DNA from: Chlorokybus atmophyticus
Taxonomy: Eukaryota; Plantae; Mesostigma and Chlorokybus algae
Assembly: GCA_009103225.1 (NCBI GenBank)
Contig: RHPI01001965.1
Coordinates: forward strand, 201,114-265,113
Length of the DNA stretch: 64,000 bases
Direction of reading: 5' to 3'
The position numbers and the translations under genes are program-made. Each line of letters opens with the position of its first letter. The first letter of the stretch is position 1. Below the pieces are notes generated by a model. That model made no database searches and was not told the DNA's origin. It worked only from the letters and a program-made list of their open reading frames with translations. Below, piece after piece: positions 1-12,409 of this stretch.

Positions 1-302
<302 letters not shown>

Positions 303-303
303 N

Positions 304-1827
304 AAGAAAATCGACGCTGAGTTTGGCTACAGCGGGGGCGTACTGCAAGAGGTGACGCTCGTGTCTTATTGTTCTTCGTGATAGACACACGTGCGGGTGC
401 ACGCTATTTTGCTTCCTACAAGCTCGGATGCGTGTGTGTCTACATGCGTACATGCTCGCGCGCAGACAGCGCACACGTGTATGCTCCCACAAGAAGAAGT
501 GTGTGGTTTCACACAGAGCATAAACCCGCAGCCTGGCAGATAGCGGGTGAGGAGTTTGGAGTGCTGCCAGCTGTGGACACTGCGGTGGCCCTGGGCGCGC
601 TGGAGTCTCTCGTGGGCGTGCTCGGCGAGGACCTCGGCCCCTTGGACATGCGCGTCGGCGGCGACGTTCCCAGGAAGTACGACGTGGTGGTGTACGACGG
701 GAGTGGCAACAACGACACGCTGCGGCTGTTTGGCGCCCCCGAGCGCACGCGCTGGTACGTTAATAGGTTGAAGGGTCTGGCGGAGAAGACGGACGCGGGG
801 CGCGTGCTGCTGCCGAGTGCGAGGGACGCCATCGAACGAGCGCTAGGAAGATCGATCACGGCACCCGACGCATCAGCACGCGGACCATCAGCACTCTTCG
901 AACGGGTGCGTGCCTGCACGTGCATGAGTGCACGCCGTCCAGCATGCACACGCGCACGAGTGCACTGAGCTCTGTGGTAAGTACTTACCGATGCATTGAC
1001 TATCGGTGAGCAGGTGGACGGCATCCTGGAGCGCGCAGCTCGGTTCTTTGCGGACCCGGCGCGCTTTGCGGCGTACGTGGTGGCGGGCACGGGCTCCCCG
1101 CACCACGCCGCTACTGCGCACAGGCTTTGGGGCTATGCAACCCACGCTGGCATCCATGTTGGAGGTACGCACCCTCTCGTGCTCACTTGCATGCGTGTGC
1201 ACGCATGCATGCGCGCATGTGCGCATTGTTGGTTCACATGTCTACCTTCAGGGGTGTTGAGTTTCGGTGGTCTGGGCGAGGGCAGCCCGAGCTTTGACCC
1301 TCTGGCGCAGATCAAGCTGGACAGTTTCGACAGGGTTCGAGCGGACTGGGCAGGCGCCGCGGAGGCAATGCCGGGCGACCTGGACGAGCTGTCCTTCAGG
1401 AGGTGAGCAGAGTGGAGTGCACTAGTCATGCCGATGAACAGGTGTTGATCGGTGCTTATGTCGTGTGCAATGGCAGTCGGCCCGCCAACACGCCATTTAG
1501 GATAGACCTGGCGTCGAGGCAGGTGGAGGTGTTCCTTCCCGGCTTCGACCGCTCCGAAGTGAAGCTGTCGCAGTACAGAGGCAACTCGGAGCTGCTGATT
1601 GACGCAGGTCTGGTGGTTGTTTGATGTTGACTTTGGATGTCAAGTACATTCAGATTGGAGTGTTTTACAGCATGCACGAGTTTGCAGCATGCGTTCATGG
1701 ACTCATGTGTGCGTGCGCAGGTGACCAGCGACGCAATATCATTCTGCCGCCCAGCATGCGGGGCAAAGTAAAAGCCGCGAAGTTCTCAAGCAATACTCTC
1801 GTCATCACTATTGGCCCGGCCAAGTGA
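304..1827 (+). CDS. GET3d: Get3d/At1g26090-like ArsA/Get3-family ATPase with C-terminal alpha-crystallin-like domain; 5'-partial, 6 visible exons
   Basis: Exons 304-351, 540-905, 1014-1164, 1252-1402, 1477-1607, 1721-1827. All introns are GT-AG with matching phases (0,0,1,2,1). Motifs [87 protein letters not shown] match the plant At1g26090-type protein as I recall it. The N-terminal P-loop is not in the window. Confidence 0.88.
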
Positions 1828-2697
1828 CAATGTTTATAGAGGTAGTGTAGTAATTTAAGCGGAAGACCATTGATGGCGTTTGGCATTGCAGGTTGGCATC
1901 TACCTTACAAGTAGGTGGTTTGCAATTGCAGGTTGCCATAATTCAAGCCAGTATGAGAACGGCAATTGTTGGCTGCTCAACTGCCCATACATGTCCGCAG
2001 ATGAGCCACCACGAGTGTAACGTATCGTCACGGCTTTATTACTTTCCAGTCACTTGAAAACTGTGAGCCACACCAATTAATTGTGCTAAGGCTGCACATG
2101 TGATATGCCTGTTGGTCATCTGTATCCCGAAGCTTTCTTTGCATGACACTGTCATTGTGGATGTGACATTTACTGCAGCTACTAAGAAAACTTGCTGAGA
2201 TCTCACTGCCAATGGCTTTGCGAAGATTCGTGTAATCTTCGTATTGGAAAAGTTCTTGGATATATATCACCAAAACGCTTTTATGCTAGCATGTACTCAG
2301 GCTGAAAACTGCTGATGAACATCTCCCATAGCTAGAACGCAATGCTTATGAGCTCACATCACCTATACAGCAGTGAAAGCAGAGTAAGTATACGAATCGC
2401 TAAGATGACCATGCTACTGTGAAACCTACCATTAAACGTTGCATGTCCGAAAATGTGACTGTGTACATTCCAAAATAACTTCACACTGACATGCCATGGG
2501 CAGTCAGCACCGTGCGAGATGGAAGACCAGCAGAGTGCACAGCATATGGAGACATATCATCTAACGTATGTTACAGAATCTCAAACGCCCACAGGTGCGG
2601 GTCACCATTGTATATCCCAACAATTGTGCCTATCTGCAACCGCAGTTGCACAGCGATATTACATTCCAGACGAGCGGAAACCTGTGCTGAAGCTAAT

Positions 2698-3599
2698 CTA
2701 ATTTCTCCACCATGCTTCAAGCTGGTCGTGCAGGCACATGCCGTTGCATTGTGCTTTGCAGAGTGTGAAGCGTGTGCAAACTGCGGATGTACCCACTGGG
2801 CGTGTGGTGGTGGTGGACAGCATATAGCAGTCGTGGTCTCCAGGCTGCTTGCGGGTGGGGGACTGCACCACAATACCCCACACCTTGGTGGCGCCCAACA
2901 ATGCTCTAGCCCCACGCTGCCTGGCGCCTGCGGTGCTGCCGGAGAAGAGTGCGCCCTCGTTCTTGAGGGAGGCGTTGGGGTCGTTGAGGTCGAGCTCGTG
3001 CACCAGGATGATGCCGTCGGGCATGGCCTCCTTGACCTCGCCCTTGATCTGGTCCCACCCGTCCGGCCTAGCGAAGATCGCCTCCGAGATCTGCTGCAGT
3101 TTTGACTTGCCCGGAGATTTGGAGTACAAAAATTTCAAGAAGGGTGCCTGCGGCAGCTGCCTCACAATCTGAAGAACCACAACCAGAAACAGACCGTCAG
3201 CAGAGGTTGACACACAGGCGAGATGACAATGCAGATCTACAATACAAGACAAAAGTTCTTGTACAATGCACACTTGGAGCAAAGCCTTACCTCAACAACC
3301 ATCTGCTGGAGCCAGTCGTCGGCGCCAATGGAAGGGCCGCGCTCAAAGGTGAGTTCCGCCAGGGACACCGACGCCTGGCTGCTGTGCATCCGCGTCTGCC
3401 GCCGGCTGACACCGCCGGTGCTGTGAACCGTGGGACCAACGGCCCGCAAGAGACCTGGTGTGCAGCACTTCCTCGACCGCAATGCCCCGACCGCCTCTCC
3501 TGACCGGGAGGACGCCAGGGACGGCGAAGCGCGCCGCGCAGCCAAGCTAGCCGAGACGGCCGTAGCTGATGCTGACGCCATCGCTACCAACGACGCCAT
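2698..3599 (-). CDS. Conserved plant protein of unknown function, 259 aa, 2 exons, Ala/Ser-rich transit-peptide-like N-terminus
   Basis: Exons 3599-3291 and 3168-2698; phase-0 intron GTAAGG...CAG at 3290-3169. The spliced product reads DDWLQQMVVE|IVRQLPQAPFL...PDGIILVHEL...WGIVVQ...CYMLSTT...CTRFTL...QLEAWW, the pattern of a land-plant uncharacterised family. An in-frame stop lies upstream of the ATG; an extra upstream exon cannot be excluded. Confidence 0.78.
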
Positions 3600-4760
3600 C
3601 GCTACCACCGATCACAGCGATCCAGCCGCCCAGGACACCCTCCCCACCCCTCCCCACGAATGCCGCCGAGGTAACAACCCTTGTACCACTTCACCTTCTT
3701 CGCCCGTAGGGTTTGCACACAGTCTGCACTAGATCCTGATGAGCCCCAACACCAAGCCTGATGTACGCCGATCGCCTCCAATGCACCTCCTCAGCCTCCG
3801 CCGCCACCTCCACCGCCGTCTCCGCCCACGATGCCACCTAACTCAATCACAACCGCAGAGCAAAGCGCCGCAAACACAATAGGAAGGCGCGGATTGCGGA
3901 CGCATTCTATTGACGATTTGCAGCAACCCTAATTGGGGGGGGTCTGCTGAGGTATGTCTCGGTCAGCGTCGACGCAGCGCATCTCGCAGCAGGGCTCTGT
4001 GAGTGCTGCGTGGCTTACGCTCAGTCATAGGATGATGTGATCGGACGACTCTACATACTGAGGCGTGGCAGTGATAGCTAATTCGCGGCGTGCGCTGCCC
4101 GCCCGCGGACGTCAGCTTCGGACGTGTTGACTGAGCAGGCCTCGTGCTCGTGCAACATCGCGGCCGTCGGTGTCATCAAATCGACGGCGTTGTTCAAAGG
4201 GAGATCCGGGCACAGGCATAGCGTACGCTCGAAACAGGGGGGCGTGTGCCGGGCGCGAGGTGGCGCGGCGCTTGGGCGGGGCGGGACCACGGCAGACACA
4301 CGTCCAGCGTGGACATGTCAGAGGAGGGCTGCTGATGTGGACAGTGAGCAAAAAGTGACAATCGCGGGTGTCGGAGTTCCAGCCAGCGGGGGGCCCATCC
4401 ATTGCATTGTGCAGATTGGCGAAACCAGCCAATGCCAAACTTTAGGTGACGGCGGAAATTCATCATAACACTCAGTGAGATGGTCAATGGTCAACGGTAC
4501 ATTGTTGTTATTGTTGAATGGTAAGTCATGAATGGTAAGTCATGAAGAGGAGAACAACGTGAGTCATGAAGAAGTTAATAATGTGATAGTTGTGACGTTA
4601 ATCATTATGTACAATTATATTAAATCCATATATATGAAAAATATTTTATTATATTATATTAAAGCTATTGCAATTGAAATTACGTGATTATACTTTATAT
4701 GTACTCTTCCGATTGTATTGTCGAATACATCCCCTCTTTGCAAACCACCCCCCCCCCCCC

Positions 4761-4971
4761 NNNNNNNNNNNNNNNNNNNNNNNNNNNNNNNNNNNNNNNN
4801 NNNNNNNNNNNNNNNNNNNNNNNNNNNNNNNNNNNNNNNNNNNNNNNNNNNNNNNNNNNNNNNNNNNNNNNNNNNNNNNNNNNNNNNNNNNNNNNNNNNN
4901 NNNNNNNNNNNNNNNNNNNNNNNNNNNNNNNNNNNNNNNNNNNNNNNNNNNNNNNNNNNNNNNNNNNNNNN
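4761..4971. other. Assembly gap
   Basis: N run flanked by C/G-rich tracts. Confidence 0.99.
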
Positions 4972-5162
4972 AGAGGGGGTGCTCCCTCCTCCCTTAAATC
5001 CCCTCCACCTCCACCCACACCACCACCCACCACAAATGGAAACAAGAAGCCCACATCCCTAGAGCAGCCTAACATGTACATGCACGTACAAGCGCATGGC
5101 AGCATGCACGCAAGCATGCAAACGTAAGTTGGAGCAAGTGTACACATCTGCCGACGTCTGCC

Positions 5163-5232
5163 CACCACCCACCACCACCACCACCACCACCACACACACA
5201 CACATACACACACGCACACACACACACACACT
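5163..5232. repeat. (CAC)n/(CA)n microsatellite
   Basis: CCACCACCA run followed by CACACA run. Confidence 0.9.
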
Positions 5233-5884
5233 CACACCACAAAACAAATTAATGCGGGGTGTTATTACTATCAACTTCATATTTAATGTTTGAAAAGACT
5301 GTAGACTCGAGTTGCATGCTAATCATAATCGGCATGTACCACAACCGGAAATGCATGAATACGCTAATGCGCAACACATGCTGGTAGACATCATTTGCAA
5401 CAAGACTGTTGAGCATGACAAACCTTGACCAGCGTGTGCCACATGAATAAAGACACAGTATTGTAACGTATAGCAACGTACGTGCAATGCACTGCTATTG
5501 CAGGTACGTTGCTATACGTTACAATACAATAGACCAGTATACTCACTAACCTGCAATGCACTGCTGCACCCAACAAATATGCTAACTGTGCAAGCCCTTT
5601 ATTATTATGTCGTCTAAGACAGGCAGCCCACCCGGGACATGTTTATCTGAACACGCTCTGGAGCCCGTTTAAGTGGCGAGCTCAACTGAGCACGTTATGA
5701 AAAAGTGTTGCACATTCTTAGGTAAGATTGTTAGCGACAACCCTGTTCCCACAAACGGATTCGCCGCTTCTCCAACTCCTACATCCGCGAAAGCCCAACA
5801 CCGCCTACGCCTCCGCCCCTGCCAACGCCGCTAACGCCAACGCCAACTAACCTCGCCAATGCGCCCCTGAACATTAGGGTTCTT

Positions 5885-6056
5885 GGCTATGGCCTCCGAG
5901 GTCAAAAACCCTCAGTGGCTTGGCGTTACCTCTCATACTGCGAGAGCTACTCCGACATAGTTGCGCTGTGGCTGCCGAGGCCAAAAACCTTAAGTGGCTG
6001 GGCGCTACCTTTCATACCGCGAGAGCTACTCCGTTAAAGTTGCTCTCGCGGTATGA
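5885..6056. repeat. Two ~80-bp imperfect tandem units ending in a 15-bp-stem hairpin
   Basis: Unit GGCC.CCGAGG.CAAAAACC...CATAC.GCGAGAGCTACTCCG occurs twice. TCATACCGCGAGAGC (6012-6026) pairs with GCTCTCGCGGTATGA (6042-6056). Confidence 0.75.
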
Positions 6057-8159
6057 GTGGTATCATATCTCGAAAAACACGAATTAAGCACCTAATATTA
6101 ATTGATGATTACATACATGATTGCCGGTATTGGTCACTGTAGGTTTACGGTCTCATCTGATGGTGCATAAACTGCAAACTACCCAGCCTTTGCGCGAGGC
6201 AGTATGCAAGGCCGTGATCTGTAATATACTATATTGCCGTGTTGCTACATTTATTGTTCTTTTCATACTCTTGGTGTTGATATTTTTTTACAAATTACAA
6301 CCAACTACTACCTCTACACAATTTTATATCATCATACACCGTGCTGTAGACTCATGCACAATAAAATCTTGCAGCTTACATGTATACTTATTATTGAGCC
6401 GTATGTGTAAATGTTATTGCGACACAATGTGACGATAAGCTTTTGCGCGTATATTCACATGGTACGGTTACAAGTGGAAATGGTATACACACTCGGTATT
6501 TCCTTACGCATGAAGTATACATAAATTCAATAATAAGCTATGATGACTATAATGATAAGAATATAATATATGTACAATATTCAGATTTAAATCATACCAT
6601 TGCAACTTGGCATGTATGTTAATAAGTTATGGTTACAACCACACGTACTACATACTACTGCAAGTTTGGTGCATACTCATGCATGCAATGATGAGTACTC
6701 CTCATCGTACATTATGATTGATATCGCTATTTATGAGAAATGATATTTCGAGCCATACAATGCCTTGTGAAATTTGTACACATGTGTTTATATGATGTGA
6801 TTATGGTACCCCTCGTAATGCAAATGGAAGACCAAGAACTGATGCTCATCATTTTTATAGCTAATCATAGGTTATACTTAAATGAATATAAATGTACAAA
6901 TATTGAAGTAAACGGTATCAGCTGAGCTTATGAATTGAAAGTTTCACATGTATGTACGCAATCCTTGTCCATTGAATCCAGTATCTGTTGTAATGCATTG
7001 AAGCAAAGGTGCAAAGGCTGAATGAAGTGCCAATTTTATTAAAGTTATAAATACATGCCTCAATTGTCACATGACTTTGGCCAGATTACCCGCAATAAGC
7101 AACGTTGCAAACAGTGTCAATGCAATGTATTGGAGTGTCCCTCGCTGATCTTGTGCGCTCAACATGGAAATGAGTGATTTGTAGCAGCTAGCATCATGTT
7201 GTAGCATGTAGCTAGCAAACCCTATTGCAAACCCTAATTCGTATGCTATGTTCAATGCCGCAGTGCAGCTGGTCGGCGGTGTGGCGATGGTGTAGTGGTT
7301 GTTGGCGGCGGCGGTTGTGTTTCAGCCGCTAGTGCTTTTCAGAAGTTGGCACTGTTTAGAGTTTAGCTGAAGCTTGCAATCGTTATGTTGCAAGTTAAAA
7401 AGTTAGGTGCGGTAGGTGGTAAGTGAGTTCTGGCTTTGGGCGGGGGTATGTGCGGGGATGTGAGGGGCATAGTTGGTGGCGTGAGTGAGCCAAGTCCGTC
7501 GAAGCTTGGTGCTTTGTTGACTGCAACGACGCCTTTTTAGGTGAGTTTTAACCACAGCATCTCATGCTGCCAATGACATGAAGTCATGCAGTGAGGGTTG
7601 GGCTGTCCCAGTGCTGCTGCCGGAGGGTTCAACCGGCGGGGTTGCATATGGCGCCACATAGCAGGTAACAACATCCGTGCGTTACAATCTTGTAGATGTT
7701 TGAAAACGGTTGCACATTAATATTGCTGTAATGAATTCACGCGCTGGTTACTGCAGCAGTAGGATCGTGTGCTTGCAGTCAGTACCTAAACGTCGCAACA
7801 CAAAATTGTATGCACACAGTGCAGCAAGTCAAGACACTGGCATACACATACCCATATTGTTGTGTGTTGCGTCCGTGCATGATAAGCACAGTGAACTGTA
7901 GGGAAGCTGCCATTTGTCAAATCAACATGTGGCATTTCCTGTCACACACCCATAGTAATATTGAATCCACATGCGAGAGCACACGCATGCATATACACAT
8001 AGGTGTGACCTCGTTACTGTGTAGTTCTTGCAGTTGCATTACTATTGAAATGATACTGTCACAACCGCACCCAAAGCCCTTCAGCTCAGAGGTGTTGAAG
8101 TTCCCAATCTGCAAGACTGATTACCGGCATTTTTAGCTCCATTGCATGCCAGGCCGCAT

Positions 8160-8355
8160 GCCTGAGATTTTGGAGGCTTAGTCACCTTACTCGCTATGTG
8201 TTACTCAACCTCCATAATCTTGGGTCGTCAATACCCTTGACCTCGACGTCTGAGATCTTGGAGGTTTAATAACCTCACTCGCTGTGCGTTGCTTAACTTC
8301 CAAGATCTCAAGTTGGCAGTACTTATCACTCCCCGATGTTCAAGATGTTGGAGGT
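8160..8355. repeat. Array of degenerate CCAAGATCTTGG-like palindromic motifs, ~40-50 bp spacing
   Basis: Cores at ~8164, 8214, 8252, 8303, 8342; successive units are inverted relative to one another. Confidence 0.65.
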
Positions 8356-8519
8356 CCGGTACCTCAGTTATTGTGGGCTTAGGTGGAATCTGAGTTTTCA
8401 TCATGATAAACCCTTACTATAGCATTTTAGCTGCTGGTGGACTGTTTGTCGTGTATCAAGCGGCTTAGCCAAGAACATTGTCAGAGTCTGTGGCAATGCA
8501 ACCGAGGCAATATCGCTGA

Positions 8520-9213
8520 TACTTATAGATCTTTTTACTGCAAGCTGCCATCCAACAAGATGAAGACCTTCAGGCTGTTGCCAATGCCCCAGCCCTTCGC
8601 ACCATTGCCAAAAGTGTATCAAAAAGCTTTTTAAGAAGTCAAGGAAGCAAGAACAGAAGCTTATCATCATGCACGAGCCGTGCTTGTTAAAACCGGTAGC
8701 AGTGTGTTATTAAAAGTCGCGCATGACATACGTGTCCCACAAAAGGTGATGTACTTCTTAAAATCAATCGTCATGGGTTCCATCAGCCGACATCCATCCG
8801 GCATGACATGAGCCTGAAGCAGCGTAGCAAACGCAAAGACAGCTTGCGTGTGGCCGTACGGAACTTGATCCCATAGTTTTGGCATGAGAACACTGGAATG
8901 TTTGCATCCAACCATAATCAAGTTCACGCTCGAAATGAAGTTACTAACAAAAGGCTGCGTAATACTAAAATCTCCAAAAAATATCTGGAAGGCACCACGC
9001 ACACGAAGCTGTTTCTGATATTAAGAGCAGCACCCGAAAATTGAAGTATAGCATCGCACATTTAAGCAGAATTCCTTTTATATTGGAGGGCGGGACGTTC
9101 GGCATGTTTATGTTTGTTTAGCATATAGAGAGAACAAGGAGATGTGGGACGCCCTTACTAATTCTATGCGCCTATGGCACAATGATAATTGTCATTGTCC
9201 CTGCGATTATTAC
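8520..9213 (+). pseudogene. 5' part of a decayed DNA-transposon (Sola2-like DDE) transposase
   Basis: Frameshifted translation KYLEGTTHTKLF...HPKIEV*HRTFK...ENKEMWDALTNSMRLWHNDNCHCPCDY resembles the Cys-rich region upstream of the catalytic core seen at 12410-13650. Confidence 0.5.
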
Positions 9214-9897
9214 TGTGAAGTAAGCAAGCTGATTATGACGGTGCTCGTGCCTTGCCACCTGTGAGTTGATCTAAGCAACAAACCTCTCACTAAGGCACAG
9301 TATTCACACCGAAACCTTGCCCCCTCTGCCAAGCACACACGCGCGCCCCGCCACTCGCGCACGCACGCGCATGTGCTGCAAGCTACACACCGACTTGTGT
9401 AGCGCCTTGGATCGTCACACAAGCAAGCACACACCAGTGGACACTCACTAGCAACCCTGCTAACCACCACCAAGCTTGCACACCAAAAATTAGGGAGTAA
9501 AGGTTGTATTGCGTATTGTAAAAATGTCACTTTTATACCTACCAATTTGCACATGCTACTGTCTAGACGATTTTAGCGCTAGAAATAGAAGCTAAGATTT
9601 TCTTGCAAAATCTTGTAGTACACTTTTAAACCTTTCCGACGCACCAAAGATATCCTCATTTGCAACTCATATGGTCAAATTACACTACTTGGCGCCAGGC
9701 CCTTCCGGAAATCTGGTCGAGCCCTTCTCGACTGGCCCTCCGTTTTCTGCGTCTCCCAGACTTGCCCTGGGCCGGTCGATGTCTGCGGCAGACTCGCAAC
9801 TCGCCAATATCCGCCACAAGTCATGAAAAACATGATATCTCACAAATAAGGCCTGAAATGGCCATGAAAATCACGAAACTTGGCCTTGGCTGTTACA
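9214..9897 (-). repeat. Probable 3' LTR of the gypsy element
   Basis: On the minus strand it starts TGTAACA right after the PPT AGGGGGGGAGGAG (9910-9898), has a TATAAAAG-like box near 9530-9538 and ends TTCACA at 9214. There is no partner LTR to confirm the distal boundary. Confidence 0.6.
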
Positions 9898-12300
9898 CTC
9901 CTCCCCCCCTAGGTGAGCTTCGTCCTCGAAGCTCGCGAGGTTGTCGTCAAGAAAGATAGTCACGCACAACATCTCAAGCATTAGCCAAGTGTGCCTCTGG
10001 CTCCCAAGATGCTTCATGCACAGATAGCCCTTTTATTTCACTAAGAACTTGCGCACGCCATGCACAAACTTCTCATTCATGATGTCTTCTACCTCCCACT
10101 CTGGTTCACCATCCGTGTCAACTTCAAGGGGCGGCCTTTCTGGCGGTTGTCCTCGATATGCCTTCAGAAGGGAGACGTGAAAAACGGGGTGCACACGCAT
10201 GGTGTCGGGTAGCTCCAGCTTGTATGCCACGTCCGAAATAACTTTGTTGATCGTACATGGTCCCAACCTGCGTTCATTCAACTTGCAAACTCCCGTACGC
10301 ACCTGTATATGCTTTGCGGAGAGTAACACAATGTCGCCTTCTTAATTTGTGAGGTGTCGGCGAAGCGCGTCCGCGTACTGCTTCTGCCTGCTTTGTGCCA
10401 CCAATAGCGCCTCCCTAGCTGCCTTATTAATGTCGGCGCACTTTGTGAGCAAGTCATTAGCTGCCTCCACATGCACGTCATGTTGTTGCGGTGTCCATGC
10501 TGTCAACGGTGTCACTGGATGTTGCCCGTAGTTCATAAGGAAGGAAGTGACACCTGTGCTTGCGTAATGGTGGTTGTTATTTGCAAACTCTACCAACTCA
10601 AGCAGCTCCGCCCGACTGTCTTGTCGTGCGTTAATGTAGCAACGCAGCATGTCCTCGATCACACGGTTGGCCCGTTCCATTTGCCCATCAATGTGCGGGT
10701 GAAATGCCGTGCTAAACTTCATTGTGGTACGCAGTGCACTATGCAGCGCCTCCTAAAACTTACTTGTAAAGCGCGGGTCGCGAGCACTCACAATGCTTTG
10801 TGGTAATCCATGAGATCGAAACACATGCTTCACGAACAAGCGTGCTGCCTCCGGAACCGTGCATGACACACCACACGGTGCCAAGCGTACCATTTTGCTG
10901 GTTTTGTCGACGAACACAAGCATAGCGTCGTACCCTTCTTTTGTCTATGGTAGCCTCGTGATATATTCCATGGTAACTTGCTCCCACTTGGACAATGGCA
11001 CAGGGAGAGGTTGCAGCAACCCACCTGGCTTTTCATTGCTTGCCTTCACCCTTTAGCATGCGTCGCACAACGCCATGTAGTCGCGCACATCGCGATGCAT
11101 CTCTTGCCAGTAAAAACGCTGCTTCAAGCTTGCCAAAGTCCTCTCTAACCCTTGGTGACCAGCAATGGGCAAGTCATGAGCTTCCTTCAGCAACTTCACA
11201 CGGATATGCGCGACGTTGGGGATGTTCAATCGCCCGTGGTGCCATAGCAGCCCGTCGCGCATTGACCAATGCCCACTTGTGTCCGTAGCTGCACCTTCCA
11301 GCTCTTGCAACACTTTCATACCCTCCGTGTCTTTACGAAGCACTTGCCGAACCTGGCCGGTCCACTCGGGCTGCACTTGAGCGAGTGCCTCAATTGCATT
11401 AATCCGGCTCAGCGCGTCAGCAACACCATTTGATGTGCCGGGCTTGTATTTGATATCGAAGTCGTAAAGTTGAAAAAAGTTGCAGCCATCGTGCTTGTCT
11501 GCGACTTAGATGAGATTGTATTTGTAAGTACTGCAGTGGAGAGTGATCCGTCTCTACCACGAACTTTTTGCCTTCTAGAAAACAATGCCATTGTCGTAGC
11601 GCCATTACTTGCGCCAAAAGATCCTTCTCGTGCATGAAGTAATTCAGCTCCGCACCACTCAGCTTCTTGCTGAAAAATGCTACTGGTTGAAGGCCGCTGC
11701 CATGGTCTTGCTGCAAAACAGCTTTTACGGCTGTGTCGGACGCGTTGTAAGCCAAAATAAATGTCTTTTCCATGTCGGGGTGAGCCAGGACTGGTGCCTC
11801 CGTCAGCGCCTTCTTCAACGCAGCAAATGCATGTTCCTTGGTTGCTGACCAGCTCCAAGGCTTTCCCTTCTTGAGTAGGGCAGTCAAGGGAGAAGCTATG
11901 CGCGAAAACCCTATGATAAACTTGCAATAACACCCCGCAAGGCCTGAAAAGGACATCACCTCCTTAACGTTGGTCGGGGAAGCCCACTCGCGCACCACCT
12001 GCACTTTGCTGGGGTCTGGCTTGATGCCTTCATGCGACACAATGTGGCCTAGGCACTCCACCTCTCAAAGGCAGAATTTGCACTTTTGTAGCTGGGCGTA
12101 CAACTTGTGTTCACGCAAACGCTGCAACACGCGCCGTAGAAGTGCCACGTGCTCCTTCTTTGTCTTCACGTACACCAAGATGTCGTTGAGGTACATGGGA
12201 ACTCCCTTACCAATCAAGTCAGCGAACATGTTGTTACATTGATAGTTACTCGACCTCCAACATTTGACAAGCCGCCTGCCGCTTACACATTCATTCACAG
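9214..12300 (-). mobile_element. Ty3/gypsy chromovirus-type LTR retrotransposon, 5'-truncated and decayed
   Basis: RT (YLND, from YLDD), RNase H (LAYNASD...PVAFFSKKL...EKDLLA...TDHSPL), integrase Zn finger (GHQG...FYW...CDAC), integrase core (FSTAFHPHIDGQMERANR), GPF motif, chromodomain (EWEVEDI), PPT and one LTR. No gag or protease. Confidence 0.93.
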
Positions 12301-12409
12301 TTACAGAAGATCTGCGGCTGCGATGGTCATTGCGATCATATCATAAGTGTTTAGCGGCTCGCAAAGGGTTGTTGAGCCATATATAAAACAATGTGAACTC
12401 TATCATGTG

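Noticed and set aside
3900-4490. CpG-rich region with several 60-115 aa ORFs as a divergent gene start
   Set aside because: No recognisable domain or convincing splice path; may be promoter or UTR of the minus-strand gene.
4668-5231. ORFs spanning the N gap and microsatellite
   Set aside because: Artefacts of Ns and low-complexity sequence (the same applies to 35245-35746).
12295-12310. AGTTACA as the 5' end of the gypsy element
   Set aside because: The flanks (ATTAC vs GAAGA) do not form a TSD and no 5' LTR body is present.
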